The translations under genes were made by a program, and so were the position numbers. Of a stretch of 64,000 nt of DNA, positions 29,098 through 40,753 are shown one piece after another. Numbering within the stretch: the stretch's first letter is position 1; the number at the start of each line of letters is the position of its first letter. The stretch comes from Haliotis cracherodii (taxonomy: Eukaryota). The notes beneath the pieces were generated by a model. It was not told where the DNA came from, did no database searches, and worked only from the letters and a program-made list of their open reading frames with translations. Location: NCBI RefSeq assembly GCF_022045235.1, contig NW_027266275.1, positions 72,354,001-72,418,000 of the forward strand. Direction: 5' to 3'.

Positions 29098-29629
29098 ATT
29101 ATCCCCTTGTCATATAATGCGGGAGTATAAAGTGATCAGTCTGTCTGTCCGTCCGTAATTATTTCCTTTTCCGGGGCAGAATTCGAAAACCATTCAGTGT
29201 TTTTGATCGAAAGTTGGCAAATCTATCAGGCACATACTGAAGTGGTGCCTGTGGATATTTTTGGATTTTTCTAGTTTTTATTTTTCAAAAATTTTATGGA
29301 TTGAAGTTGGACATTGACTCAATTGGGGATGGGGTTTGTTTCTGGGGCAGAATTCGAAAAACATTCAGTGTATTTGATTGAAACTTGGCAAAGCTATCAG
29401 GCACATACTGAACTGGTGCCTTTTGCTATTTAGAAATTTTAGAAATATTTATTTTTCACGTTTCCATGGCAACAAGATGGACATGGTTCCAAACTCATCT
29501 TTTTTTTACAAGTTCCATGACAAGTTCCACCTCGGTTAAAAAAGGTTAGGGTTTGTTTAGATTCAATTATGTCATAAATTCTGAAAACAGGGGCGGGGGA
29601 TATTGCAACGTTAGTGGCAAACTCTTGTT
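29098..29629 (+). mobile_element. Helentron-associated non-autonomous element (HINE/DINE-1-like)
   Basis: 5' TTATCCCC, a GTCT/GTCC microsatellite, two internal repeats about 170 bp apart (29171, 29341), sub-terminal GGCGGGGGATA and a 3' end TTAGTGGCAAACTCTTGTT. Confidence 0.7.
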
Positions 29630-30065
29630 AAACAGTGACATAGACATTAACAGTGGGTCCTTGTTTAGAAAATGATTTCTGTGGAATATGCCATCAGCTT
29701 GTTTGTGCAGGATTAATAGAAGTGGCAAATTCAGATGTCTTTTACATATAATAAATGGCCAGTCCTTAAATAATGATCAAAGTTGATGGTGTCTTTTTTG
29801 TCAATTTGAGAAAATAGAACTGTCCCCATATACCGGTAGTTGTGATAAATTTTAGCAACTCCCACTTCCTCTTTTTGTTGTTGCCATCTTTCATGACTCC
29901 CATCCCTTCATTATGTGGCCCCATGAGAATACATCCCTAAACATACTTGAGTTTAAATTGACCTTGGTTTGACCCATTATTCAGACTAAAGCTCCTTAGC
30001 AATTAGATTTTTTAATGAAATTTACAAAGTCTTATATTTACAGTTCAGTATTTAACAGTTTAAGT

Positions 30066-30346
30066 ACCGAGTGAGTGAGTGAGTGAGTGAGTTGGGTTTA
30101 ACGCCGCTTTTAACAGTATTCCATTTATATCGCAGTGAGTCAACTTGATATGGGAGGAAAGCCCGAAGTGATGCAGGTCTCAGACGTTGACCGCTTCGGT
30201 GAAACCTACGAGCACGGGTATGGTGCTGACAAACCTAGAAAACATAATTGGGGCGAACCGGGATTCATCAATCATAGGTTTCTGGCGTGCCCAAGGGACG
30301 CAACTCTGCACAGCGAATCGCGGCGCCTTAGACGACTGGGCCACCT
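30066..30346 (-). mobile_element. SINE family C with a tRNA-like head and (CTCA)n tail
   Basis: The minus strand begins GGTGGCCCAGTCGTCTAAGGCG (A box) and ends AAAAGCGGCGTTAAACCCAACTCACTCAC. Related copies at 45232-45415(-), about 27480-27680(+) and about 34815-34900(-). Confidence 0.7.
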
Positions 30347-31549
30347 GTGCCCCCTTAAGTACCAAGAAGAAAAGCTGCACAGTAACCATGGTGCCTGGTA
30401 TTCTTTATATCGTGTCCACTGTCACTGGCTACGCCTTACAGATATTAATGTCTTGTAGACTCGACAATGGTCACTTCCAACTACTGGCTATACCAGGCAA
30501 AAATTATGATGCAATGCCTGCAGTACAAACTAACCTGAAAATTGATCCTGCATAGTGGAAACCTTTAAGAAAACCATTTCACATGCAAAACATGAACTTC
30601 TACTATACAACTTTGAACCTACTCCTTCAAGCTGGCTAGTGCAAATATCTATTTATTCCTGACTTGAGCCAACCATCCGTGATATTCATGTTATAATAGA
30701 AGCTTGGTTCATCAAGATGTTGATCAACTATGATTTGGTTTGTTGGTTTGTTGTTTAACGCCGCACTCAGCAATATTCCAGCAAAATGATGGCGGTCTAT
30801 AAATAATCAAGTCTGGATCAGACAATCTAGTGATTGATATCATGAGCATCGATCCACGCAATTTGGGTAAGATGACATGCATCAACCAAGTCAGAAAGCC
30901 TGACCACCCAATGCTGTTCGTTGCCTTTTACGGCAAGAATTGGTTGGAACACCTACCCCAAATCTTCACGGGTTGATCAACTCTGAAATATGTGCATGAT
31001 GGTGACATACTGCTATGCTGTACGTTCTGAATAGTTTGGGATGTCCAGTTGTCCAAGGAGGTTACTGCCTGGTCAAAGGGATGGGGTTTTGACATCAATC
31101 TTGCATCAGAGCCATCTTGGCCCACTGTAAGGAGGAGCGTCTGTATGCCGTTGTGTTAAATCAGCTCCTTTTTGTTGCTCTGGTGACAACATGAACATGG
31201 TTCAAAGCTCTCGCACTCGCTTGTGTTAAGCAGGACATAATCAGTAATACAAAATCTAATTTCCATGGAGGTTTAAATCTACAGATGACCTTGCTTAAAA
31301 GTACTTTTAAACTTTCAGGCTATGAGACTCCTATCCTGATGCTAGGGATTTGCAAAATGAACACATCAGTGACAGTGAGTCCTTGCTGTTATTGTCTGTT
31401 TCTTAATATTGAAAAGATGTCGGCAAATTGATAACATGCTTAAACTATGATAAAGGACACAACATCAACATCGTGAACAGGGTTGCTGGTAGCGTCTGAT
31501 AACCACCTGTTGTGGACGAGGAATATTCCTGAGTGGAGAAGTATTTGAT

Positions 31550-34500
31550 TGTTGAGGAACCTGGGCTGGAGAGGCAAACATTTATGTGTCTTCAAGTTTG
31601 TCACTGATATAGCGCCCACTCGTATACTACTGAAAACAAATTAAAGAACACCCACAATTTGAAGGCCGCGTGTTTCAATATCCACCAGCCATACAAACTA
31701 AACTAGTCATACGAAAATAATTGGGTATTCTGTAATTTCTTTCGATTAGTATATACTGACTGGTCCTAGGTACCTGCTACCACTTCCTTTTCTTTCCACT
31801 GTAAGTTACCAGCAACTGGGTCCTGTCTAATGATGCACTGGTTGCTTGTGTCACTATCAGTGAGTTATTTTGCTGAAAATTTCTTGTTTAATGTCAAGTG
31901 CTAGGTCTGTTCATGAATAACATTATTGATGTTTTAGGTTATTTTGAAGTCAAAACTCAAATCTGAGTTTCAAGACAATTGACAATATAATGAATGTTAC
32001 AGGGACAGTGCTGCCATATCAATTGTGGCATTCAAGAAACGTCAGAATTCATGACAGCTAGGGACTTATCATTTGTATCAATCCATATTCTTTAGTTGCT
32101 CAGGTTCAGTGGTGCTTCACAGAGATCAACTTTTATCAGAACCCACATCAGACATGAAGAGGACAGGAAATGCATCAGGTGATGGTCGAGAAAATCTCAG
32201 TGTCTGCAAAATCACTGATGCAGCATGCAACATTCTATCAAACATTCACTTGTGACATGATCATGCTGCCTGCAGTATGATACCCAGTATTCAGAAGGCG
32301 ATAATTCTACAACGGTCCATCACCATAATATGTTTGACCATCATTAACATGAATGTTCTTCAATACAAGACACAGTCTTCCACTGCAGAATGCACAGCAA
32401 CATAACCAGTACTTGAAATGCTCAGCTGGTGAAGCAATGACAGATAAAGTGCATAACATTTATGAATATTGTCACATTATTTGTCTGAAATGTTGCCAAG
32501 CTCTTTACTATTTTGTCAAAGGAATTATTGCCTCTACAGTAGGCAGGTCATCATATATCTTAAAATCAATAATTTATTACTGTTGATGCTGTATCAATAC
32601 CATGTCATGAATATTGATACTAAATTAGAATTTACTTCCACAGTAATGTTCACAATATAACATTACCATGGTTAAGATGGACAATTAGAATATATATATA
32701 TTTTTAGACATTTTCATGGATCAGCCTAGTTAATATTTTGCATTAATTTGATTAAATGCAGGTCTGCATAGGTAATATTTATCTAAACAAATACATAATA
32801 ATAAAAATCATAATATATTGTGATTCTTTTTAGTACCCAAATTTCTCATCAATAACGCTCCTACTCAAGGGCATCTTTTCAGTTGAAATTTAGCAGGGAG
32901 AAGTGTTTCTCCATTGTGATCACATAATACCAGCATATATTTATTGTGAGTACCACACAACATGCACATGCTTTGTGCATGCTTTGACTGAATGTTTGTT
33001 ATATAAGCATGTTGATTAAGTTTTAAAGGAATCTAGGATCAACCATAGTGGTGGCTAGACGTTAGAACACATGGTTAGACTGACGATAATCATCATAGCT
33101 GGCATGACATCTTTGGTTATAGTTTAACCCTTCAGTCATATTAGGACTGACCATATTCATGTAGTGTGCTGCCTTCAATTGTTTATATATTGTGGGATAT
33201 TAAAAGGTGAAAAGAAATCTTCAGAATTAATTTTCATTCCACTGCGAAACAGCAAGCATGGGTTGCTGAAGACCTATTCTACCCCAGATCTTCACGGGTT
33301 GAGGGATCTTCATGGGATGAGGAACCTGGGCAAACATTTATGTGTGACTTCAAGTTTGTCACTGATATAGCGTCAACTCATGTACACTGCTCAAAACAAG
33401 AATCCACATTCTGTAGTTGCTCAGGTTCAGTGTACTTAGCAGAGATCAACGTTTATCTGTACCCAAATGTCAGATTTAGCTAAGATGAGGACTGAGTGAT
33501 GATCGAGAAAATCTCAGTGTCTGCAAAATCACTACAGCATGCAACATTCTATCAACATTCACCTGTGACATGATCACGGTGCCTCCAGCATAATGTCCAG
33601 TATTCGGAAAGCCATAACTTCACCACAGTCCATCACCATGAATGGAATATTGCTGAGTGTGGCTTTAAACAACAGACAAACAAATATAAGATTGCCATGG
33701 TAAAGATGGAAAATTAGAATTTTAATTAAAATTTAGAATTAACATTTTGATGGATCAGCTTTGTTAATATTTTGCATTAATTTGATTAATTTTAGGTCTA
33801 CATTCGTAATTTTTATCTCAACAAATACAGAATAATTAATTTTATATTCTTAATCAATATATTGTGATTTTATTTAGTACCTAAATTTCCTATCAATAAC
33901 ACCCGTACTCAAGGAGTAGTATAGGTAATGGGGGATATACCCTGAAGCGGGTACACCCACGATGGCTCCAGTACCAAAAACCAGGAGAAAAGCACTAGAT
34001 CTAGAAGCAGGAGCATATACTTGCTATCGGTATGCTAGAACAAAGTATCGTGGCAATCCAGGCACATATTTGTATATTGTTTCCAAAGATGGTGTAGAGA
34101 CACCGGTATATGGATTCTTCCTGGAGAAAGCTATGGACCGCTCATCTGCCGGCTTGGTAGAACGAAAAGAAAACCAGACAGAAAAGTAGATCGTCTAGCC
34201 TATATTACACAAGCCTAGTAGGTAGAAAAACAGCTCTAGAGGAAATGATACGAAGTTTGCCGAGGCTTCGATGTCTGTTGTATAAGAAAACGAAGTCTAG
34301 TATCTTGCCGGACTCGATTGCAGGACGGAAGACGCATAGATATATCTCTAGAAACTGCTTTGGGATTTGGTGCCTCTCGTAGAAAGTATACCCTAAATAC
34401 TCCAAGATTTGTTTCTCTCTATCGGATAGGAATAAATAGCCTATTTGGGGGCATTTGTCTTAGTTTAATGTCATGTCGATCGTGGAATAGCATAATCATT

Positions 34501-34745
34501 TTAATGGGAGAGAGAGAGAGAAAAAATCCCCCTACTGTAGTAGTAGTAGTAGTATTGGGGTATAAATCTGGCCCCATCGTGGGTGTACCCGCTTCAGGGA
34601 GTATCCCCCATTACCTATACTACTCAAGGGCATTCATCTTTTCACAATCAGTTGATATTTAGCAGGGAGAAGTGTTTCTCCATCGTGATCACATGATACC
34701 AGCTTATGTATTTTGTGGACAAGTACCATACAAGACAACATGCCC
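31550..34745 (+). repeat. Diverged local duplication (copy A about 31550-32965, copy B about 33319-34745)
   Basis: Collinear shared blocks, e.g. GAGGAACCTGGG..CAAACATTTATGTG, GTTGCTCAGGTTCAGTG, CGAGAAAATCTCAGTGTCTGCAAAATCACT, TAATATTTTGCATTAATTTGATTAA, TTTAGCAGGGAGAAGTGTTTCTCCAT. Each copy has its own insertions. Confidence 0.85.
33915..34624. mobile_element. 710-bp non-autonomous DNA element with AGTAGT...ACTACT termini (Polinton/Maverick-like miniature)
   Basis: 57-bp TIRs at 33915-33971 and 34568-34624 (4 mismatches). TSD CAAGG at 33910-33914 and 34625-34629. The empty site TACTCAAGGGCAT is in the paralogous copy at about 32862-32874. The element is clear from the sequence; the Polinton assignment is inferred from the termini. 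Confidence 0.75.
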
Positions 34746-35001
34746 AGTGACAAACGACTCAACTCAGGGGCTGCAAGTACTAATCCCTGCAATCAGGATC
34801 AAAGGAGCCATAGCGAGTGAACATGGGTATGGTGCTGACAAACAAAGAAATATGACCAGAGCTAATCAGGGATTCAAACCCGCGATACTTTTCTGGCACA
34901 GCGTATTGCTGAACCCAAAAAGAAGCATGAACTAGATCCAGACAAGAGTTCGATTTATTCATTTTACAAAACCTTTCCACAGACACGGGTCTACATCAGG
35001 T

Positions 35002-35562
35002 TCAGGCCTGGTCAACATCACTGTCGTCATCACTGTCATTATTTGTAATATTTTCCTCATCAACTTTGTCTATATCATCTTTGTGGATTTTCTTCAGCTT
35101 GAAATTCTGAACATATTTTGTTTCACCGCCCCACAGTTTAAACTCACTGAAGGTTGATTTGTTCATTAAATCGGGAACATCAAGTCCAACACTCTCCAAC
35201 TCATTCTTGTCACTGTCCTGGGTCAGCTTTATTGCCGCTAGCCTGGAGGCGTGCTGATTGCCTTGTCGGTTTCCAATCCGAGACACAATATCAATCTGCT
35301 CAATCTCGTCATCAAACCTGTGTAAGTAGCGCTTACTGAGTTCACAAAGCTCTTCCCTCGTATACACAGATTTGTCGGAGTCAATGTTTTCCCTGAACCA
35401 GTCACATTTTTCCGCTAGAACATCCAGCTTACTTCTTGCCGATTTATCTTTAGAAATTCGCACATCCCGAAACGCTTTCCTTGACAACGCAGCTGCCTTC
35501 CTGCTGTTAGGGTGAATGGGTTTTTTGTTTTGACCAACCTTGGCTTTAGGTGCCTTTGGCAT
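35002..35562 (-). CDS. TMA16: Translation machinery-associated protein 16, 186 aa, single coding exon
   Basis: MPKAPKAK...KPIHPNSRKAA, WF, YLHRFDDEIEQI, RQGNQHASR, GLDVPDL and an acidic tail are typical of Tma16. AATAAA (minus strand) at 34954-34959. Confidence 0.9.
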   Translation of the reverse strand: MPKAPKAKVGQNKKPIHPNSRKAAALSRKAFRDVRISKDKSARSKLDVLAEKCDWFRENIDSDKSVYTREELCELSKRYLHRFDDEIEQIDIVSRIGNRQGNQHASRLAAIKLTQDSDKNELESVGLDVPDLMNKSTFSEFKLWGGETKYVQNFKLKKIHKDDIDKVDEENITNNDSDDDSDVDQA

Positions 35563-35800
35563 TTTCCGGCTGGAAGATGAAAACGGGCGTGCACTAGTTC
35601 CAGTTATTATTCCCAGTATGTACAATTCTGTCGGTTATTTAAGCTACAGTAACAGTTGTTTCTAGACAGCCCTTGCACCATAACACGAACACGTGTTTTC
35701 GACGGAAACGGAAGTACGGTGTTAGGTAAGTACTTTTATCCAATCAGAGCCTTCGAAAGCATTCATCTCGTGTTTGACATCTTCGTGCATGTGGGGTGAA
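35563..35800. promoter_or_regulatory. Bidirectional promoter region for TMA16/MRPL12
   Basis: Only 238 bp separate the divergent ATGs. The gap contains CACGTG, tandem CGGAA/CGGAAGT (ETS-like, about 35703-35715) and CCAATCA (about 35740). Confidence 0.7.
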
Positions 35801-38800
35801 ATGCTTGCTTCAAGATCTTTAGTCATGGCATCGAGGCTGTCAAACTACTGCAGAAGGTAAGTGGCAGACAAGGAGACAGTGTTTCGGTATGAATACGAAT
35901 AAACCAAGTTATTTCTTAATATGCTGAAATTGGTAGGATCCCAACTATGATAAACTTTCTTTGACCTTACTGTTCCTCGTTCTATTTTCGATCAGGTAGG
36001 TTACTTAATAATGCTGTGATGTATTCTCCAAAATAAGTCACTTGTGATTTCCAAATTGAAACACATTGAACTATGAAATCAGTAAATGACCACAAAATAT
36101 CAATGAATAATCAACAAATTATCTACAAACAGGTTTCAGGTTTACCCCAAAAATGCAATACAATCACTCAAATGAGTGGCTGCAGCTATATGTAACAGGC
36201 CCTAGACTTGATGGGCACTCACGAATGTTCAGAATTGTCAGTATCCAGTGTTTTCATATAGGTATCCAAAGGGCATCTGGCAAGCAGACAAGTCACAAAT
36301 CAGGTCGAAAAAGATCTGAAATCGCCCTTGTGTCACTCTTGTATAGGTACAGCCAACATTAAAGGAAGCTGTCCCATCCTGAAACTTCGCGATTCATGAA
36401 GCTTGTCTTGTTTGTAAACAACCAGGGGCAGTAACTCTAAATTCCACTCACTCACGCCACTGATAATCACTACAAATGAACTTACAACTTTCTCTACTGT
36501 CATCTATGCCTTTGTGGTCTAGTGGATAGAGCGTCTGCCCCGAGTGTCAAATCAAATGATGTTAATTGTTGTTACCATGCCCAGCAGTTGGCATTACAGG
36601 GATAAAAGAATGGTTGGCTCAGTCAGCGTACTGTGTCTGAGTGCGGTATTCATGTTAAACTGCAGCATGGTATCTCAGTGTGCTAGCACTATAAATCGGC
36701 ACTAGTCCTGAATAGTAGAAGCAGACACAGTGCGTGAATGCATGCACTGATGTTGCTATATAAGTGCAATAATCTTGACTGTAATGTTAAGAAACTTTTA
36801 CCCTTACCTTAACTTTACTTCTACATAATTCATGTACAAGCTGTACAAATACATAATTTGATATGGTAATTTCAGTGAGTAGTCATTTTTTCCCATTCCT
36901 GTTATGATTGTTACTGTAGGCCTAAAAAACTATTAGCCAAGAATTTTGTAAAGACCCAAGGGCTTGTGAAAATGTAAAATTCTAAACTGGTCACACTGAG
37001 ATAGGAAAGAGATTAAAGTGAGATCTGTGATGCTCAGTGAGACAACAGGCAGCTATGCATAACTGAACACAGTATTTTGAGTTAACCTCTCTTCACACAT
37101 TGTAACCCAAGTTATGAAACGTATTTCCAATACTCTACATGTACTGTGGTTGGTAGTTATACATTGACATGTACCCAGCACACATGAGATATATATGTAG
37201 CAGTGTTGTAAGTGTTTCATTCTGTTTGTTTCTTCAAATGGTTTCGCTTTGCAGCAAGCGTATGCTTGAATCCCAGATTCTGACAGGTAATGATTCTCAT
37301 GATAATGTACTTGATTCACGGGCTTCACCAAAATGGTGAATACCCTCCCATGTCTGCAAGCCTTGCACTCTCTTCCCACATGATGCTGAAAATACTGCTA
37401 AAAGTGATGTTAAACGCAAATCGCTCACTCACAATCAGGAAAGATAATGTGTCATATATATAGTGAGTGAGTATGGTTTTACGCCGCTTTTAGCAATATT
37501 CCAGCAATATCACGGCGGGGGACACCAGAAATGGGCTTCACACATTGTACCCATGTCGGGAATCGAACCCGGGTCTTCGGCGTGACGAGCGAACGCTTTA
37601 ACCACTAGGCTACCCGACCGGTCATATATATAGGCTCCAGAGGCTTGTAAGGAAAACGAAGATGTATTCCTGGTGACTCTTCAAGCTGTTTTGTTTCTGT
37701 AACATGGCAGAAATACATATAGTTCATACCACAAACAATTCACAGAGACTCTTCACTTCAGGCTGGTGTGTCGCCAGCAAGCTGCCCTCCAGGCCCTGCC
37801 AAGGACTGCCTCAGTACGGGCGTGCAGTGCAGGAGTTATCCCCCCTCCACAGGCCGAAGGCGCAGACAAACAGTACCCTCCAAAAATACAGAAGATTGTG
37901 GAGGAGATAAGTGGCCTCACATTGTTCGAAGTGGCAGACTTAAATGAGCTTCTCAAGGTAAGTGCTGACATGATAATTTTGTACTGTTTACTTGTCTGAT
38001 TTACACTGAGCAATGAAGATGTTGTTGACACAACAGACAAGATGGAGGTTTGTTGCCAATTTTCGAACACTAATCTGAAGCCGGACTCTGAACCTTTTTC
38101 TAACTTTTCATGATTGGAACCATAGCATCTCTCCAGCCCCGTGCCCTTACATGTGTTCCACTTCCGTTATTATCTTTGTGTGCAGACTTTTACTGTCGAT
38201 GAATATTATTGTTTTCAGAGAAAAGAAAAAGTTAAAAAAATCCTTACATACCCAGACCCGTTAAGATCCGGGTTAGAATTGGCGTTCAGCCACCTGTGGT
38301 TGTCTTAGGAGGTGACTATGCTTGTCGTAAGAGTTCACTAACAGGATCGGATGGTCAGACTTGCCGACTTGATTGATGCATGTCATTGTTTCCCAAGATC
38401 AATGCTCATGATGTCAATCACTGGACTTTCTTGTCCAGACTCGAGTATTTACAGACTCTCATCATATGGCTGGAATATTGCTGAGTGTGGCATTAAGTAA
38501 CGAACAAATAAACCTTAGCCTACTCTATTTTTAGATGGGTTGAAATCAAAAACACATTGTTCTTTTTGTGCCGCAATGAAACATGCATTGCAGAGTCTCT
38601 GGCGACTGCCTCTGTGGTGTAGTTGATAGTACTTCTGCCCGGAAGGTGGAAGGTTTGTGTTTCAATCCCCTGGCTGTGCAATTCTTAAAGACATTTACGC
38701 ATGGTACTTGTTGTTACCCTGCTTGGCATGTCATTATAGGCATTAAACAAGGACAGGTTAGCCCTGTTAAACTGTGACATGGTATCTCAGTTAGCTAGCA

Positions 38801-40753
38801 CTGTAAACCAGCATAATTCTAGCCTGGTAGATGCAGTCACATATGTATGTTTCTATATAAGTGCGATAATATTGAACTTAAACATTCAACTCCATGTTAC
38901 CTCACGTGTAGTATTCCTTTCAGTGTTACTCTATTATTGAACTAGTTTTTGTTTTCTAGAAAACCCTGAACATCTCCGACACGCCCATGATGGCATTGGG
39001 AGCCGCGGCAGCACCAGCAGCTCGGGTAAGACTGGGCGTAATCAGGTTGATCAGTGATCAAGTTATGTTTATCTCATCAAAGTGTCGGCGAGTTCTTGGA
39101 TGCACTATTGAGCAGTGATGTCCAGTAGCTGCTTCTTGGACTAGTTGACCGCCTCCGTGGTCTAGTGGTAGAGAAGGTTGGGGCTCGATCCCTGACCACG
39201 TCATACCAAAAGATGTTAAAAGATGGTTCTTGTTGTGACCATGTCTGGCGCTTGGCGTTAAGGGGCTAAAACAAGGACTGGTCGGCTCAGAGTCAGTATA
39301 CTGTGTTTGAGTGGGGTATTCATGTTAAACTGCGGCATGGTATCTCAGTGTGCTCGCACTATAAATCAGCATCAGTCCGTACTAGTACAAGCAGTACCAA
39401 ACAGACCCGTGAAGAGGTCTTCAGCAACCCATGCTTGCCATAAAAGGTGACTATGCCTGTCGGAAGAGACAACAAACGGGACTGGGTTGGCAGACTCCCT
39501 GACTTGGTCGATGATGCATGTCATTGTCTTCTAATTGCATGGATTGATGCTCATGATGTCAATCACTGGAATTTCTGGTCCAGCCTGCATTATTTACAAA
39601 CCTCCATCGTATAGCTGGAATATTGCGGGGTGTGGCGTTAAACAACAAACAAACCAACAAAATACTACCAAACAGAATTGGTCATGGTTTGGAGAAATTG
39701 AAAATAATTCTTGAAAAAACTTATTGCTTCAATTGAGGGGTGCAGGTGGCAAGTTTCACAATATGCTGTGTTCTGGCTGTTCCTTTGTCTTTGATAGTGG
39801 ACTTCAGTAGTGTTTAAAGGAGATAAAGTCTGGAATGATTTCTTTTGTTGGTTGCATATTTTCTGTTCCCATCTTTATTTGTTGGTTGTGGTACTTTTAA
39901 TGAAGGCTTAGCTCTAGATCCCAAGCCAGTGATGATCTGAGTGAGACAGGTTGTCTATTATCCTCCAGTCAAATCTGACCTAGATGAGCCCCTGCTGACC
40001 ACAGAGTCTACATTGTTTCAGTGTGTTTGTTTTTCCAGGAGGAGGAAGAGGAAGAAGTGGCACCTAAAAGGGAGAAGATGGCTTTTGCTGTGAAACTTGT
40101 CAAGATTGATATGAGCAAAAAAATTCAAGTCATCAAAGAAATTAAAAATCTTATATCAGGGATGAACTTGGTACAGGTGAGAGGAAATTGAAAAAGGCAA
40201 CTATGTTTTTGGAAAAGAAATCATTTGTTAGCTCACCTGGGTATGCTGTGTGAGTACTAAACAATGGTAACTCATTAGCACACCTGGATATGCTGTGAGT
40301 ACTAAACAATGGTAAATCATTCACTCACCTGGGTATGCTGTGCGAGTACTAAACAATGGTAACGCATTAGCACACCTGCTGGATATGCTGTACGAGTACT
40401 AAACATGGTAACTTGTTAGCTCACCGGAATATGCTGTACAAGTACTAAACAATGGTAACTCGTTAGCTCACCTGGGTATGCTGTATGAGTATTAAACAGT
40501 GGTAACTTTGGTTTACCTGGTCCATTGTTATTTATGCTGTATTTATAGGCTGCTGTATTAAGCTGGAATTCAACTGACTACATTCACTTTTATGTTACTA
40601 TATGTGACCTTTATTTCAAGGACTTTTTTTTTGCAGGCCAAGAAGTTTGTTGATTCCCTACCCCAGGTTGTTAAGGCTGATATTCCTAAGGATGAGGCGG
40701 AGAAACTAAAGGAGACGCTCATTGCAGTTGGAGGAGAGGTAGAGATCGACTGA
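35801..40753 (+). CDS. MRPL12: Mitochondrial ribosomal protein L12 (bL12m), 190 aa, 5 exons
   Basis: Exons 35801-35856, 37762-37957, 38960-39025, 40039-40176, 40637-40753 (573 nt). Arg-rich presequence, [33 protein letters not shown], Ala/Glu hinge, [40 protein letters not shown]. Confidence 0.95.
37464..37620 (-). mobile_element. Young tRNA-derived SINE (family A), full length
   Basis: On the minus strand: A box TAGCCTAGTGG, B box GGTTCGATTCC and a (CTCA)n tail. 13-bp TSD GTCATATATATAG at 37451-37463 and 37621-37633. Degenerate copies at about 1340-1480, 5095-5165, 60305-60460 and 63340-63445. Confidence 0.9.
39147..39394 (+). mobile_element. tRNA-headed SINE family D (resembles mollusc Meta-domain SINEs)
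   Basis: A box GTGGTCTAGTGG, B-box-like GGCTCGATCCC, then GTCATACCAAAAGATGTTAAAAGATGGT...GGCATGGTATCTCAGTGTGCT(A/C)GCACTATAAA. Copies at about 36510-36790, 38605-38880 and 11030-11270(-). The family name is from recollection and was not checked. Confidence 0.65.
40225..40520. repeat. About 40-bp tandem repeat in MRPL12 intron 4
   Basis: TAGCTCACCTGGGTATGCTGTG(T)GAGTACTAAACAATGGTAAC and variants, about 7 copies. Confidence 0.9.

Noticed and set aside
30135-30555. ORFs of 107 and 122 aa
   Set aside because: They overlap a family C SINE that recurs at 45232-45415, and show no protein-family similarity.
35563-35625. N-terminal extension of the TMA16 ORF in the ORF track
   Set aside because: It starts at a non-ATG codon. 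The family-typical start is MPKA at 35562.
37464-37620. Possible tRNA gene (GTC-like anticodon loop)
   Set aside because: No proper acceptor stem. It continues into a SINE body and tail, is flanked by a TSD, and has multiple degenerate copies.
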